Source: Paramecium tetraurelia
Lineage: Eukaryota
Length of the DNA stretch: 64,000 nucleotides
Reading direction: 5' to 3'
Assembly (NCBI GenBank): GCA_000165425.1
Contig: CT868429.1
Coordinates: 447,337-511,336 of the forward strand
In this document: positions 12,453-26,013 of the stretch, one piece after another
Layout of the letters: every line of letters begins with the position of its first letter
How positions within the stretch are numbered: the stretch's first letter is position 1
The notes under the pieces: model-generated
What the model saw: the letters and a program-made list of their open reading frames with translations, nothing else
The model's database searches: none
Told to the model about the DNA's origin: nothing
Program-made: the position numbers and the translations under genes

Positions 12453-13973
12453 TCAACTCACATTATTATTTTCCCAATAAAATCCTGAATTTCTCTGTTC
12501 TGTTTTCTATTATTAAACCCAGTAGAAATCAGCATTAGAATTTGCAAACTAGACCTTATCTGATTTTTACAAGAGTGGATCTTTCAAATCTATTTTTAAA
12601 TCAAAATTCTCATCATTTTCATCTGCAGGATGTTGAATTGCCCATATCTCAATGACATTGATTTATAGTTTCTTAACATAAGAAAGAACCAAAGGGCCAT
12701 TTTCATAAGATTCATCATTCTGAGTACAATATGAGTTTTGTAAATTTTTATCAATCCAAATTCTGAATCCCTCTCCATTTTTACCACCAAAACCAAGTCC
12801 CTTATTGGAATCAAGAAAACAATAATTTTATTCTCCTCTTCTTTTCGATCTATAAATCTTAAAATAAGGATAGAGACTAAAAATGCAATCCTTCTTGGTT
12901 CCAAAGTACTATTTGGTGTCATACCATCTTAGATTTGTAAGAGCACCAAATATCTATTATTTTGTCTTTTTTTCATAATTTTCTTCATGTTGAAAAAACA
13001 TTATTGTAGGTAATTTACACTCTAATTTATAATAGCATAATTAGTACCTTTAAGGGATTAAACCATTTAATTAAAGCCACCTTAATGAGCTACACTTGAA
13101 TACAACAAAGTTAACTAATTGCAATCAGTAAGCACAGATTATGAACTCAATAATAATTGGAAAAATAACTCATCAGTCACAAAATATGATGGAGTATTGA
13201 CAATTGGGATGATACTCTAATTAAAATGAATTATTCAATTACATTAAATTGTTTTCCCATAAATTTAGCTTAAAAGTACTTTTTTATAAGTTATTTAGCT
13301 CCCGGCATCTATTTTGAAATGAAATCCATCAACTATACCCAAGACAATGAGCCTGATTCATTTTCTAAATCTAGAATTATATAAATACTGTATAGTTAAT
13401 CTACTAATGATTTTATGTATTTCTCATTGGTGGGTGCATTCTTTTGGGTGTGTTGATACATTTTGATAATATCCTAATATGATGGAGTCATGTGGAAATA
13501 CTTTGATAACACTTAGAGTGTCAAGATAAGTTAATTGCAATTAGGCCAACTCTTCTTTTGATTTTACATATCTATAATTCTGCAATGTAATCAATGACAT
13601 CAATTCAAACCTTTCTAGATTCTTGAAAGCTGGAACTGAAGTTTAAACATCCTTCACTAATAACTCCACTATGATGTAAGTAATATTAATATTACAAAAT
13701 TCAAACAATGGCTCTTTCTTCACAAATCCATCGCTTCCAGAATACAATTCAAGGAACTTAAATAACTTAATCCCAAATGCAGAATTTTCTGAAAATATAT
13801 CTTCGAATGATCGTTAATTAAGTTATTTGATATCCCGAGTTCTAATAATATTATTGTTATTACTCACTACTTAATTCACAGTAATATTGAAATTATGAAT
13901 TCAACTGTGTATATTCAGCTTAGTCAAATGCTAAAACTACTGTATTCTTCCTTGAATCGTAACAATTCCCCAT
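12453..13973 (-). CDS. TLDc-domain protein, MEAK7/TLDC1-like, probably N-myristoylated
   Basis: Starts MGNC. C-terminal TLDc: LPTIMFF...IFGALTNLRW...YFGTKKDCIFSLYP...NYCFLDSNKGLGFGG...FRIWIDKNL...VIEIWAI. Confidence 0.85.
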
Positions 13974-14693
13974 GTATTCAATAAATAAATATAAATTATT
14001 AAAATAAAACGATAACAAACTTGAACTTTTCATTAATTTAATAATTTGCATTTAGCTACAAAAATTCTAATCATAGTTGAATTCTTAACTTGATTCTTGA
14101 GAGTAATTTCAATTAAATTTTCACAATTATTGTTATTCTCTATGAACTTGAAATTCACCTAAACTTTTACATTCTCTGAGATTCATATGTTCGAGTATAT
14201 AGGGCAGATTTGCGGTTTATTCTAAAGAACTTTGTTGAACTCTAAAAATACAGTCATTATAAGAATGATTTGCAGTACAGTTTCTTCTATTTATTTAAAG
14301 AAATGGTTTAATTTAATTTCTTCAATGTTTTTCCAAAATAATTAAAATCTTAATCTTTATGATAAAACAAGTTAATTTAGTTGTTTATATAAATAAGATA
14401 TATATATGACTATTTTATCCATTAATAATCTAAAGTAAAATGTAATTCTTATTTTGCTATTGATAAAGAAATTCGATTAATTCTTTACTAAAAGGATTAA
14501 CCTGTTCTAATAATCACTGACTATTAAATTTAGTTTATGAAACTCATAAAATTTAATCTATTATGTTAATACCTACTTCATCTATAATACAATTAAAAAT
14601 CTAAAATAATTTTGAATACTTCTAAAACTGTCAAAATTATGAATGATGATTATATAAATTTGTTATAAATGATACAATAAATATAAATAAAAA

Positions 14694-16969
14694 TCAAAGT
14701 TAGTCGTTTTCCCATCTTCTGGCAAATAAAATAGGATCATTACGCTATTTTTGATTTTCTAATAAGATTTCTTATATTATTTGAAACTCTTTTTGTAATT
14801 TAACTATATTGATTTTTCGCAAATAATGTAATAATAATTAAGAGAAGCTGAGTGTAAATTCAGATAAATCTTTATTGAAAAACTATTCAAATTATTTATC
14901 AGGAGAAATATAGAATACAGATTCAACTTTAGAATAATAAGTTAAAAAGCTATCTATCCAGCCTTTAATGATTTCTTATTTAATAGTTGGAAATTAGTTC
15001 TATATGTAAGTAGCTTTAATTCCAATTAGTTTTCTAATTAAAAAGTAGCATTTTTATTTATCCTCGGTATTGATACAATCAAATTATTTAAGTACATTGT
15101 TTATGTACTCTAAAAATTTATAAGTTGGTCTGATTGAGGCAGATAGAAATTCCACTTTATCATCTTAATAATTGGAAGTAAAATCGCTTGTGAATTTTTC
15201 ATTAATCACATTAGAGATCTACTTTTACTAATATGAATATTAATTCAATTATGAGGATATATTTGATTAGAAATAATAATTTTTTTTAGTATCTTACGAA
15301 TTTTTTGATAAGCTAACAGCAGAAGATTTGAAAGGTGGAGTAATGATGGTTTATTATGATTGAGTAATCCTAACAGGTGATTTCTTTTATTAAATAGAAT
15401 TGTTGTTTTGAATAGAAAATTACGGTTTTGGTTAATGTTATTGAATATCTAGTATTTAATGCTTTTCTGATAAGATTTATTGACAATTTGAAAATTAATT
15501 ATGTTTTATGGTGTCATTGGTGCTATTCTAATTGCTATGTTAAATACATTCACTTTCATCTATAGAATTGCCTTTTTTTGTGTAATCACTTTTTAAATTA
15601 TTTAATTCATGTTATTTTGCCATAGGCATCTTGATCGACGAGATCTTTTCTTTCTCTTGATTTGAGATTTCTAATAATTCAAGTGATTTTTTATGTTTTA
15701 AGTCTGGACTCATTATATTAATTATAAAATTTGATAGGTGATTATTGAAACTGTTTTGGTGTTGTATCTATTTTTTCTGTGTAAGAAACTTTGATTATTT
15801 ATCCTTGAGATTAGTTTTAATTTTAAGAGTTCTAAATTGCTAAATCATAGAGTTTATCTTTTGCATCTAGATACTAAGCCACTTAATTTATTTTTATAAC
15901 TTTTTTTTTATCCACATTCTAAAAATCATTCAATTCTGTTGATTTCAACAATTAAGGTTGTTTAAGATAATTTTCGATAGTGTCTTCTTGTTGAGTTTAG
16001 AATAGTTTACTATTTGATGTTTAATCATTTAATTATTGTCTTGATTATTATAAGTCTTGAGAAATAAAACTAGTTTTAATTGATCTACATGGAATGTTAT
16101 GATGTTGAAGAGTTGATATTTTTTTAGTTTATATTTGCACATTAGAAATGACTTCATTTATTGATAATCGTTTTTCTGGATCAAAATTAAGCATATTGAG
16201 CATTAGTTCTTTAGTCTTATGAGACGTTTCTGCGTCATTTTTTATTTTATTGATCAAAAATTAGTGCTTCTTGTTTAAGTCATGTTCCTGTTTAGAAAGT
16301 TAAGGTAGCTGATGATATATCATCTAAAACAACACGATTCCTAAAGCCCATATATCTGATTTTTCTGAATATACGTTATTTTGCACAGTTTCAGGTGCCA
16401 TATACATTGGAGTGCCTACGTTAAACTTCTTGATGATGCTCTCGTATTAGTTCTCTATCACTGCAAAACCAAAATCAGCTAATTTGTAGTAACCATTAGA
16501 TTTTAATATATTTGGCTGGCTTGATATCTCTATGTATTATTTCTAATAAATTTACCATATAGTTGTTACTTTTATCATGTAATGCTTTAATTCCTTATGC
16601 AATCTATTGGAACACCTCTAAAGATTAGGTTTCTGTGAATTTTTTAGATTCTAAAATTTCAGCCAAATCTCCTTCGTTACAATATTCGCAAATCAAATAT
16701 CTATTGTTTTTTGTTTCAAATGTTTCGTAAATTTTCATTAAATTAGGATGATCAATTAAGCTCAATACATGAATTTCATTTTTAAGTAAACTCTTAGAAA
16801 TTGGAGTGATTAATTATTGAAAACTTATCACTTTAATTGCTACAACTTGATTATTTTTGGTGTTCATTCCCTTATAAACTTTAGATGAGTAGCCAGAACC
16901 AATTAAATCATTTTACTCATAACTATAATTTGAAATAGTTTTCCTAATATTAGAAGTATTATTATTCAT
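14694..16969 (-). CDS. Ser/Thr protein kinase (ULK/CAMK-like ciliate family) with long C-terminal extension; apparent +1 frameshift in the catalytic loop
   Basis: LIGSGYSSKVYKG, VAIKVI, HRDIKPA[N], KLADFGFA, VGTPMYMAPE, KSDIWALG. One extra base at 16511-16513 breaks the frame between HRDIKPA and ILKSNGYYKLADFG. Confidence 0.8.
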
Positions 16970-17099
16970 TTATTTAAATAACAATTATTTTTAGGCTTTC
17001 TAATGCATTTTCAGATCAATAATAAGATTCGAAAGACCAAGGAAAATTCCATTTAGATAATTAATTTGTCATATATGGAATTATAATATTATTAGATAT

Positions 17100-17960
17100 A
17101 TTTATGTATCCATAAATACAGAATTCATATTTAATGTCCTTTCTAATTAAGCAGATTCCTTTTCACAGTTTTCTTTTCTTTGAATAATTAAAAATACTTT
17201 TTCTTTCAAACCTCAATATCTACCATTCGAATATGAGTTATGGATTGATAATCTTGTGAACAGATCCCCACTTCTTTTTCAAACCCTACTTTATTAATTC
17301 TACTTCTTCTTGAGACATCATATATAGTTATTCATCAATTTCTTTAACCTCGCTTATATGTATATTTCTAGTTATTTCATATTCATCTTAGATGATGGAT
17401 TCTGTTTTGGTTAATAATCAGGAACTTTTCCAACTACTTTTTCTACAATCATATCATCTATTAATTATTTTTGGGCTGATAAAATATTTCAATTTTGCAT
17501 TATTCATGATAATAAAATGTTTATTTGATTTTAAACCAGGCATATGTTTTTTCAAAATTTTTGAAACAGGGGGCTTCAAAGATTAAGGACATTTATACTT
17601 TATTACTAATTACATTTCTAAGTGCTATCTTTAGGCAATTGTCTACATCCAATTGTTCCTGCATTCTTAAATCTTAACATTGGACTGCATGCTTAATTTG
17701 AACTAAAAGATTAATAAGGCATTTTGAACTTTTATTTTCCAGATTGCTTGACCATTCTCATATGAATGGCTCCTTTGACTAAATCAAACATCCAATAATA
17801 AATATTATTCATATAATCTGATTTATCATCTACTCTGTTTGTGGATGGTTTATGAATGTACTAGTAGTTAAAGTAAGATTAGATGGATATTTAGATTTTG
17901 ACAAAAAATCTGAATGAAGAAGAATGTATTCCTGATTTTTATATGCTTAATTGCTAAAAT
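17100..17960 (-). pseudogene. ENKUR: Enkurin-like pseudogene
   Basis: Recognisable pieces SKYPSNLTLTTSTF, GKVPDY, YMMSQEEVELIKQGLKKKWGSVH / DYQSITHIRMVD / KENCEKESAQLE lie in different frames (several indels). No clear start codon. Confidence 0.7.
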
Positions 17961-18019
17961 AATATGTTATAATAAAAATATTAGAATTATAATTAAATTA
18001 AAATAAATTCTATTCAAAA

Positions 18020-19362
18020 TACAACAGAAATCCTATGGAGAGAGGTGCAACTATCTATGAACGATTATGCTTTGTAAAAATCATATCATTATTGCTATTT
18101 ATGTCCTGTAAATTTAAGGATTAATTAATATCATTGATGTCTTATTCATAGTCAAATCTAATATTAGACCTGAGGTCACATTTACAAGTGTAGTAAATCT
18201 TGACAAATAGAATATTCAAGAGTCTCAGCAATCCTTTTTCTTAATCAAATAATTATTGGTCTAGTAGATGAAAATGCAGGATTTAATGTTTTTGTATGCT
18301 TTCTGATTTCTTTGTATTAATGTAACAAGATTCCCTATAAATATAGCATAAAATTCTATTTCCAAGTTTATCTACGCTATTCTTTTAGTATATTATCCAG
18401 TACCATTTTAATAATTTAATTTAGAATGTATTGCATTCTTAAAACTAACAATAAATTAGAAATTAGTATAAAGAATTTATATAATATTGAAGGAATCAAA
18501 ATACTACATTCGAAATTATTTCAATATACCCATTAATAATACAGTCAATATTAAATATGCTCACATAATTTGTATGAATCTTCAGATGCCTTGTATTCAA
18601 TTTCTCTTTCAACAACTTTAATTAACATCATAATATCTATTAATATGAAGATATTAAAATTTTAATAGGGATCATCGAAAATTATATCACATATGTGTGA
18701 TGACATAAAGATTCAAGAATTTTATTATATGAATTCATATTAAATTATAAATTAAATTTTTTGTGATATGCTTTTGGTGGATCTTCTAAACAATAAACAA
18801 TAATTAATTAATAGATTTATATAATAGTATGACTTCATTTAAATATAGCTTGAATGTATGCTGAATTGCTTTTTCGAATATTAAATTCATTTAATTATTG
18901 TTTTATTTATTATAATTATTTTGCTTAAATCTGTTACTTTTTATAGATTTAGGTTTGGCAGTTTGTAGAATTCTTATTACCACTTCTGCATTTAAGTAAT
19001 TACACTAAATCTGAAGTTTAGTAAGAAGTGAGTGTTTTTTATCTTAAATTAGACTAATAGGAATCATTATTTTTTTTCAGAATTTTCAATGCATTGATAA
19101 ATGACTCTAATCTTAGATATATATTACTTGATTTATCTAATTATTTTGGATTTAATTTAGGTTGATGGATGATGTTTTAGAGGAAAAAATTAGATGTATG
19201 AAATGATTCTTATCTTTTGAGAGATGAAATATTTTGTTGTACTTTCTAGACGCAAGATTGAAATTGTGAATCTAAACATCTCCGAACGCATTATGCATTT
19301 GAATTTTGTGTATTTACTATTGGATTCACAATTTCGATATGATCAAAAAAGCTATCCTCCAT
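18020..19362 (-). pseudogene. Probable decayed gene of unknown family
   Basis: ATG 19362 (MEDSFFDHIEIVNP...) opens about 175 codons before a TGA. Coding-like composition continues downstream with stops and no coherent frame. Confidence 0.35.
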
Positions 19363-19698
19363 TTTGAAAAAAAAATTAATTATTTAACAAAATTTATAAT
19401 TTATTTAAGAAATGGATAATTATTCCTTTCATGAACTTTTGTATTCATACAAAGAATTAAAATAAACGTTATATTGTTTAATAAATTCTTTTTTGATATC
19501 TTAGAGTATTAAAATAATTAATATTTATGATCTTAAACTTTTAATTAGATTTTCAAAGAAACATAAAAAGATGTATATCAATATTTTGATAAAAATAATA
19601 AAATTTAAAGAGCAATTTCGATTCTCATTAACTTATTGAGAGATAAGCATCCTTTTTGTTAGAAAAAATTTATATTTCTTAACAATAATATTATTTAA

Positions 19699-20314
19699 TC
19701 AGTAATACCATCCTCCTTATCTAAATTGAGATGGTCCTTATTGCATTTAAGAGTAAGGATATCTTGGATCTACTTAAAAATCATCAAATCTGCGATCTTA
19801 ATGTTAAGGTGGAAACTATCTGAAAATGTAAATGAGGCATTTTACGTATTGTATTAAGGCATAGTCTAGCCACTTGGTTATGGTTTAAATTAGGCAGGTT
19901 GCTGGGTTTGGTTGAATGAATAAATCAAGACATGCCAACCATTTAACTTATAATTTCAACGGTTATTACTTTGAATTCAAAAACTTTGTCATCATTATTA
20001 TAATAACTGTATTAAGCATTCATCCCATTTTTATGTTCCCACATAAATACAAACCAATAAGGTCCATACTTGCCATCCAATCTATGCTTAACAAAATCAG
20101 CTGGATTCTTATATTCTTATTAAGTTCTACAACCTTTATAAAATTCAAGAATATCAATTCTCAAAGCCTCATGAATACCATACCCTTGTTTAATTATCTA
20201 CTTTAATGTATTCGATACTTCTAAATTATCATCCTCATCAAAACTTTTAGCCTTTTTTATTCTAGGTTGTTAAACCTAATATTGTTCTTAATAATATTGT
20301 TACTGTTGATTCAT
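19699..20314 (-). CDS. Divergent dynein light chain LC8-fold protein with Q-rich extensions
   Basis: YKNPADFVKHRLDGKYGPYWFVFM...YSY...VFEFKLNGWHVLIY resembles LC8 [21 protein letters not shown]...FIYF. Two tiny introns; ends GGWYY-TGA. Confidence 0.65.
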
Positions 20315-20493
20315 AAATTAATTTATTATTAATAAATAAGAATCATTTATATGAATTAATTAAGCACGCACCCTATGCAATTAGATAATAAATCTATCTG
20401 TTGCAATATATAAAAGATCAATATGATTTTATTGATTGATAATTAGTATGTTATATTAATAATAATTTAACAAATTTATTATTATCAAAAACC

Positions 20494-23400
20494 TCACTTT
20501 TTATTGTATTCAATAGGCAATTTTTCAAATTATAAAACGATCTATTATAGAAATTAATAATTATTACATCCATTTAATCTTAATTAAGGAATTTATCTAA
20601 GGCCTTTTGATAATTAGAATCATTTGGTACTTTGGATAATATATTAACCATGATTGTGTCTACTATTTTAATGGCATTCAACAAATGTGGATTAGCATCC
20701 TTTGAATATGTACCTAAATAATGTTACCAATCTTGATAGGGATGGAACAAAGCCACAATGATGGCAATGGAAATATACTCAAATGAAGTTTATTAAGTTG
20801 ACATAAGGTGTGAGTATTGAGACACATTACAATATATGATGGCTGTCATCATGATGGGTATGAGTTTAAGATTATGTTCATATGTACTTGCACCAGCATC
20901 AACTGATAAGTCATCTTATTGAGCCATTCTGAAGATTAATCCTTTGAGATCATTCAAAAGTAACCAACATTTCGAAGTGATCTTATTTTTTAATATCTTT
21001 TCACACCTCTTGAAATAGATTTCCAAAGTTTATTCATAATTATTTCCATTTTTCAATGGTAAAAAGTTATTGCATTTGCAACCATTATTCTTTATGGCAC
21101 AATCCCAAAATATTTCATCATGTGATTTTGGTTATTCATCTTTTTAAGACTTTATGGCACAGTCAACACTTGCTTTCTGACAGGACGAGTGAATCACAGT
21201 GAAATAAGTCACACTTTGTAAACCATATGTTTCTTATTTTTACATAGACAAGAAGGCTTTTTCTTCTGGAATTTGATATGGGAGAGAAAATACATAAATT
21301 CCCAATTGATTTGAACTCAATGAATAACCTTCTTTGCAAGCTACACATTATAATCCTTTCTCTATTTATAGAGATTATATTTTTTGATTGTAAGTTGACT
21401 TTTGAAATTTCTTCATTATTTATTGTTTTTTATTTTTATAGCTTTATTCAAATTTCTATTCTTTTTCCATAGTTAGTTTTTCTATTGTAGTTTTTAATTC
21501 TTAAATAATGTATTGCCCATCATCATTCTTAATGAAATTGATACAATCATTACAAACTTTTGATAATTCTTTCACTACTTGGTTATGATTATTAGAGTGT
21601 TAAAAGATTTATTGTATAAATCCAATTTCATTTAATAATAATTGACACTCTCTAGATCCAATAGCAACAGAAAATACTATTTTCAAGCAATTTGCATTAG
21701 TTTCACTCCAGACTTCAAGAGATTAGTTTTGTAAATAAGATTCGATAGCCATCTAATAGATACCACTTTCTAGGGTTGCTTCTCTTAATTTCTGATAATG
21801 GGTTGGAGTAGCATGTAATATTGATCCAAAGAAAGCCAATTATTGATTGTTCCATTCAAATTTAATGTTCCTCTTAAAGTGTTCAATCAATGCTGATATT
21901 GGTTCATGCAAATCTCTAATTATTAATGGAATTATTTGAATTAATGTCTTTGATATTCTCTAAGTTGGATTTGATTCTAAATGATTGATAACCTAATAAA
22001 GGAGTGTAACACTTTCTTTATCATGGAATTTCAATTCAAATGGATCAATATTTTCACTGAATCTTCTTCTAGTTTAAGTGGTTTATGTTAATAGATCATC
22101 AATAAAATCTAATAGTTTTTCATTTTCATTGGGTTCTTGCAAGTAGATCTTTACCAACACGACTATCCCTTAACAATTGATAATTTGTTGTTTGATTTGG
22201 TTCGATGAATTGCACAGGAATCTCATTATTCCCACTATCTTTTACACAGTACTCATAAATCTCTTTCCTTCTTGTATTAGATTGTTAATAAGGATAAATA
22301 AGATTTTTAGATGCTAAGGTTCAATAACACTTGATATTTATTTCTCTAAATATGATTTCTTATCATCCACTAGACTTGGTACATAAGGTAGGTCATCATG
22401 ATTTCCGACTCCTTAGATTGAGTAATTGATTTCCATTTATATTTTCTATTAGATAAGCTCCTTAATCTTTTACTTTTCCTTATGATTTTAAGGATCCTAC
22501 GATATGGCATTCATTGACAGTATCTTCTACCCATTCTTAAATTGCTTTGCCTTTTCAGGGATGTAGAACTATTTGTATACTAACTCTAAATCAAGACTGG
22601 TGTCATTTACGATCCTTTCTTAAATAATTAAATCAAATTGGGGCTCCAATCCTAAATCTTTTTAAGCCATTTCTTTCAATTGTTCTAATCTATTAAATAA
22701 TACAATGGAATAATATACGTTTCAAAATTGAGTGATGAGTACTCTACCTCCTTTTAATAAAATTATTGATTGGTTTTATATGGCCAGATTCTAATCCTGA
22801 ATTCCAACTTCTTAAACAAAAGATTATGAATCATTTATGATAGTCTTTGGATTTACTGATTCTATTGATTTTCATTCAATAATTAGAGAATGAAGTATTT
22901 AAGAATTTCAAAATTATCATTAATCTGCATATTCTAATACAAATGATTGTATATCTATGAATGATAAGATAAAATTACTTGATTTATTCTAGCATTGTTC
23001 TAACCAATATGATTAAATAGCTTATCCAATTCAATATACCATTTCAATTGATCGTTGCTAAGAATATTCCAACATTTCTAAATCATCTCAAAGCATTTCA
23101 ATATTTTCTATGATTCCAATTTCCTATAATTTTCTTTAATAAATCCCACCAAATATTCAACGACTGCATCTCCTGCTGTCTTTATCTTGATCTCATCAAA
23201 CAGCTAATAGAAAGATGTATCATTAGTGTATTCTAACCCATTTAAGAATAGGTTCAATCCTAAGATCTCATCTACTTTGCAAACACTAATAACCAACTCC
23301 CTTAACTAATCCTAAACTTCTACATTCTTTATTAAAAATAACTAACTAATAATATTATCCTTTAAGCAAATACTCTCTACTTTTATATCACATAACAATT

Positions 23401-24646
23401 GTTGAATCTAAGTGATCTATACCTGATTTAAAGTCTTCAATATTGCTATAATGATGTCATCTAATTTCAATTCCTTACATCTATTCAAAAAGTGGGTAAT
23501 AAACTCCATCTTATTCTCTCCCTTCAAATACAATTGGGCCTACAAACAGAACTCCTTGTAAACATCCTCATTATTTGCAATCTAATCTAAATCATTTACA
23601 CTATATTTTATTGTTGGCTTGAGTAATTTAATAGCTGTTTCCCTCTCTTTATGAGTGACATTATTCGAAAAGTACAGTTTTCTTAACAATGATTCACTCA
23701 CATTCTCAGCTGAACATAGCACTCTTCTACTGCATTCAACACATTTTGAAAACTAACACAATTCCCTCTCATCTTCCATCCCATTATAAAATTGTCTCAC
23801 TCTTCTGCTATACCTTTTTGATAGAATTGCTGCTTAATTAAATTCCTTATACGCATCCTTCATCATTTGGATCATTTAAACCTTAAACTTATACTAGGAT
23901 ATAGCATTATAATATTCCATCAACTTTTCATAGTTCTACTACTTCACCTATTCTAAATCGGATATTATGTTATTTATTTATTGTACTTCTGATTCATTTG
24001 TAATTGGCTCAATATCTATCACTGGTTTACAAGAAAACGATATTTAAAATGATTTCCCTTAACATCTTGGACATTCTTCTACCTCTCTTCTAAAAGTGCT
24101 GCAAATACAAATATTTGAGTGTCTCTCTATTTCTTGTAGAGGGTACTCCAACGTTATTGATTGCGCTATTATTGGAGGTTTGAGCTCTTATGAAAAAGGA
24201 ATGATTTCCTCTCCAGGTAAATGAATTCTAATGCGTCCCTAAATCTCTTCTCTCATGTCTAATTGAATCTCAGATATTTCATAGATCTTTGAAAATTGAT
24301 ATGTGATGATTTTAGACTTTGCCCCATTTGAAATTGGTTTCTTTATCTATTCAATCACATCTGTATGTTTGTAGCATGAAAAGCAAGGTTCCATCTAAAG
24401 ACAATTGTAAGTGAATTCTTTATCGAAATATTAGTAGATGAATTGAAATAACTCATTATTTTCATATTCTAACACATGATTAAGGCATTGCTCAAAAATT
24501 GTATAATCTTTTAAACAAATCGCCAATTATTGTTAATTAAAATCTGAGTAGATAATATCACTCAACTTGATATTTTTCGATTACAAAATACGCCATCCAG
24601 CCTCTTGATCAATATCTACCAATTGTAATAATTCTTAGTTATTCAT
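20494..24646 (-). CDS. UBR4: UBR4/p600/BIG-like E3/E4 ubiquitin ligase, C-terminal portion only (about 1360 aa)
   Basis: HemiRING GLQCVACKEGYSLSSNQLGIYVF...SVTYFTVIHSSCQKA...WDCAIKNNGCKCNNFLPL. UBL-like LDLELVYKQFY...MEINYSIQGV...YVPSL. Upstream CKPVIDIEPITNESE motif. Confidence 0.8.
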
Positions 24647-25454
24647 TTGAGTTGAAATAAATAATATAAATTTTAATTAATGTTTCTGAATAACACTAAA
24701 AACTAGTTCAGAACAAAAATTCGAACCCTAAAATAAGGAAATTATGATAACCCAAAAATAAATAATAAATAAAATATCTAATGCTATCTCTGATAAAATA
24801 TGATATATTTATTATATTTATTTTATGTTTCTATGCTTTAATAATTAAATTATACTTAAAAAATTTATAGAGAGAATCAAAAAAATATTAATTAAGGCTT
24901 AGTTTGTTGAATTCGATCAAATTATTATTTAATGCAACTTAATAATATACTTTGCCATTCAAAAATGCAGTGTAAACATTATTCATACAAAAATTCAATT
25001 TGAAAAATACCTATGATAAATTTTAAGCAATTGTTAAACGATCCTGATCTTGCATATTACCAAATCTATGATAGAGTCTTATTTAAAAGTTTGCCAATTT
25101 TCGATTAATTTATCTTAGAGTTTTAAAGGTTGGATCCTTTTTACAATTAAGTCGATTTAGAAATAGTATTATATCAATTATGAGAACAATAAACTCAATA
25201 ATATTTTTGAATATCAGCTTAAATTCAAATTAAACAAAAACCATTTATTATATTAATGTATCAATATCAAACGTCCCTTAATACTAATCTTGAAAATGAG
25301 TAGAGTTGATTTAGTCAGACATGAGAAGGAATAATAATTTACATTTTAGAGTTGAATCTAATTTTCGGAATCCATAGTATTTTTTATATTCATTAAAACT
25401 TATATTATAAGATATATATAATTTAATTAAGATGAATCGGAAAAAATAGTTTAA

Positions 25455-25964
25455 TCAATTAATTTTTGGGCTCACAACTTCTGACTTTCTTTATTTTTTT
25501 GCTCTTTTAAGCAAATCTTTTTTGGAATAAACTCTTCTTTAGCTTGAGAAGTTGAGTTTAAAATATATCTATCCTTTGTTGGGTATTGCAAGAGATATAG
25601 TTTGATTTTCCTATAATTCGATGGACAATTCAGATTGGTTAGATTTTGAATTTTAGAGATAACTTTGATTAGGTTATAGAAACTGTTTCGATTGAATTCT
25701 TTTTTTATTATATTCTGTCGTATTTTCAACGTTCTTTTATTTAATATGGTCAAGTGAAATTCCTGAATAGTTTGGGTAAACAGGACTCGAGTTGGATTGC
25801 AGAGAATTAATACTAGAATAGGAAGAAACGGAGCTAATAGAATCTAAAACCTTTTTCGGATGAACCAAATAAACACCTTGCTGAAATCCATTGTTGAAAT
25901 CGCATTAATTTGAAAGCAGAGATGAAGTATCATTATTTGAAGTTCTTATGCAAGAGGATCCCAT
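25455..25964 (-). CDS. Small hypothetical protein with MGSSC N-terminus (possible myristoylation/palmitoylation)
   Basis: Open code-6 frame MGSSCIRTSNNDT...RKSEVVSPKIN-TGA. Confidence 0.6.
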
Positions 25965-26013
25965 GTGAATGAAAATTAAGTTTTAATTTATAAATTATAT
26001 GAAGTAAAGAGTA

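Noticed and set aside
20355..20450. GC-rich gcacgcaccct motif with adjacent hairpins between the LC8-like and UBR4-like genes
   Set aside because: No C/D or H/ACA box arrangement and no second copy in the window; insufficient support.
24718..24732. ttcgaaccct resembling a tRNA T-loop
   Set aside because: No T-stem, acceptor stem or cloverleaf in the flanks.
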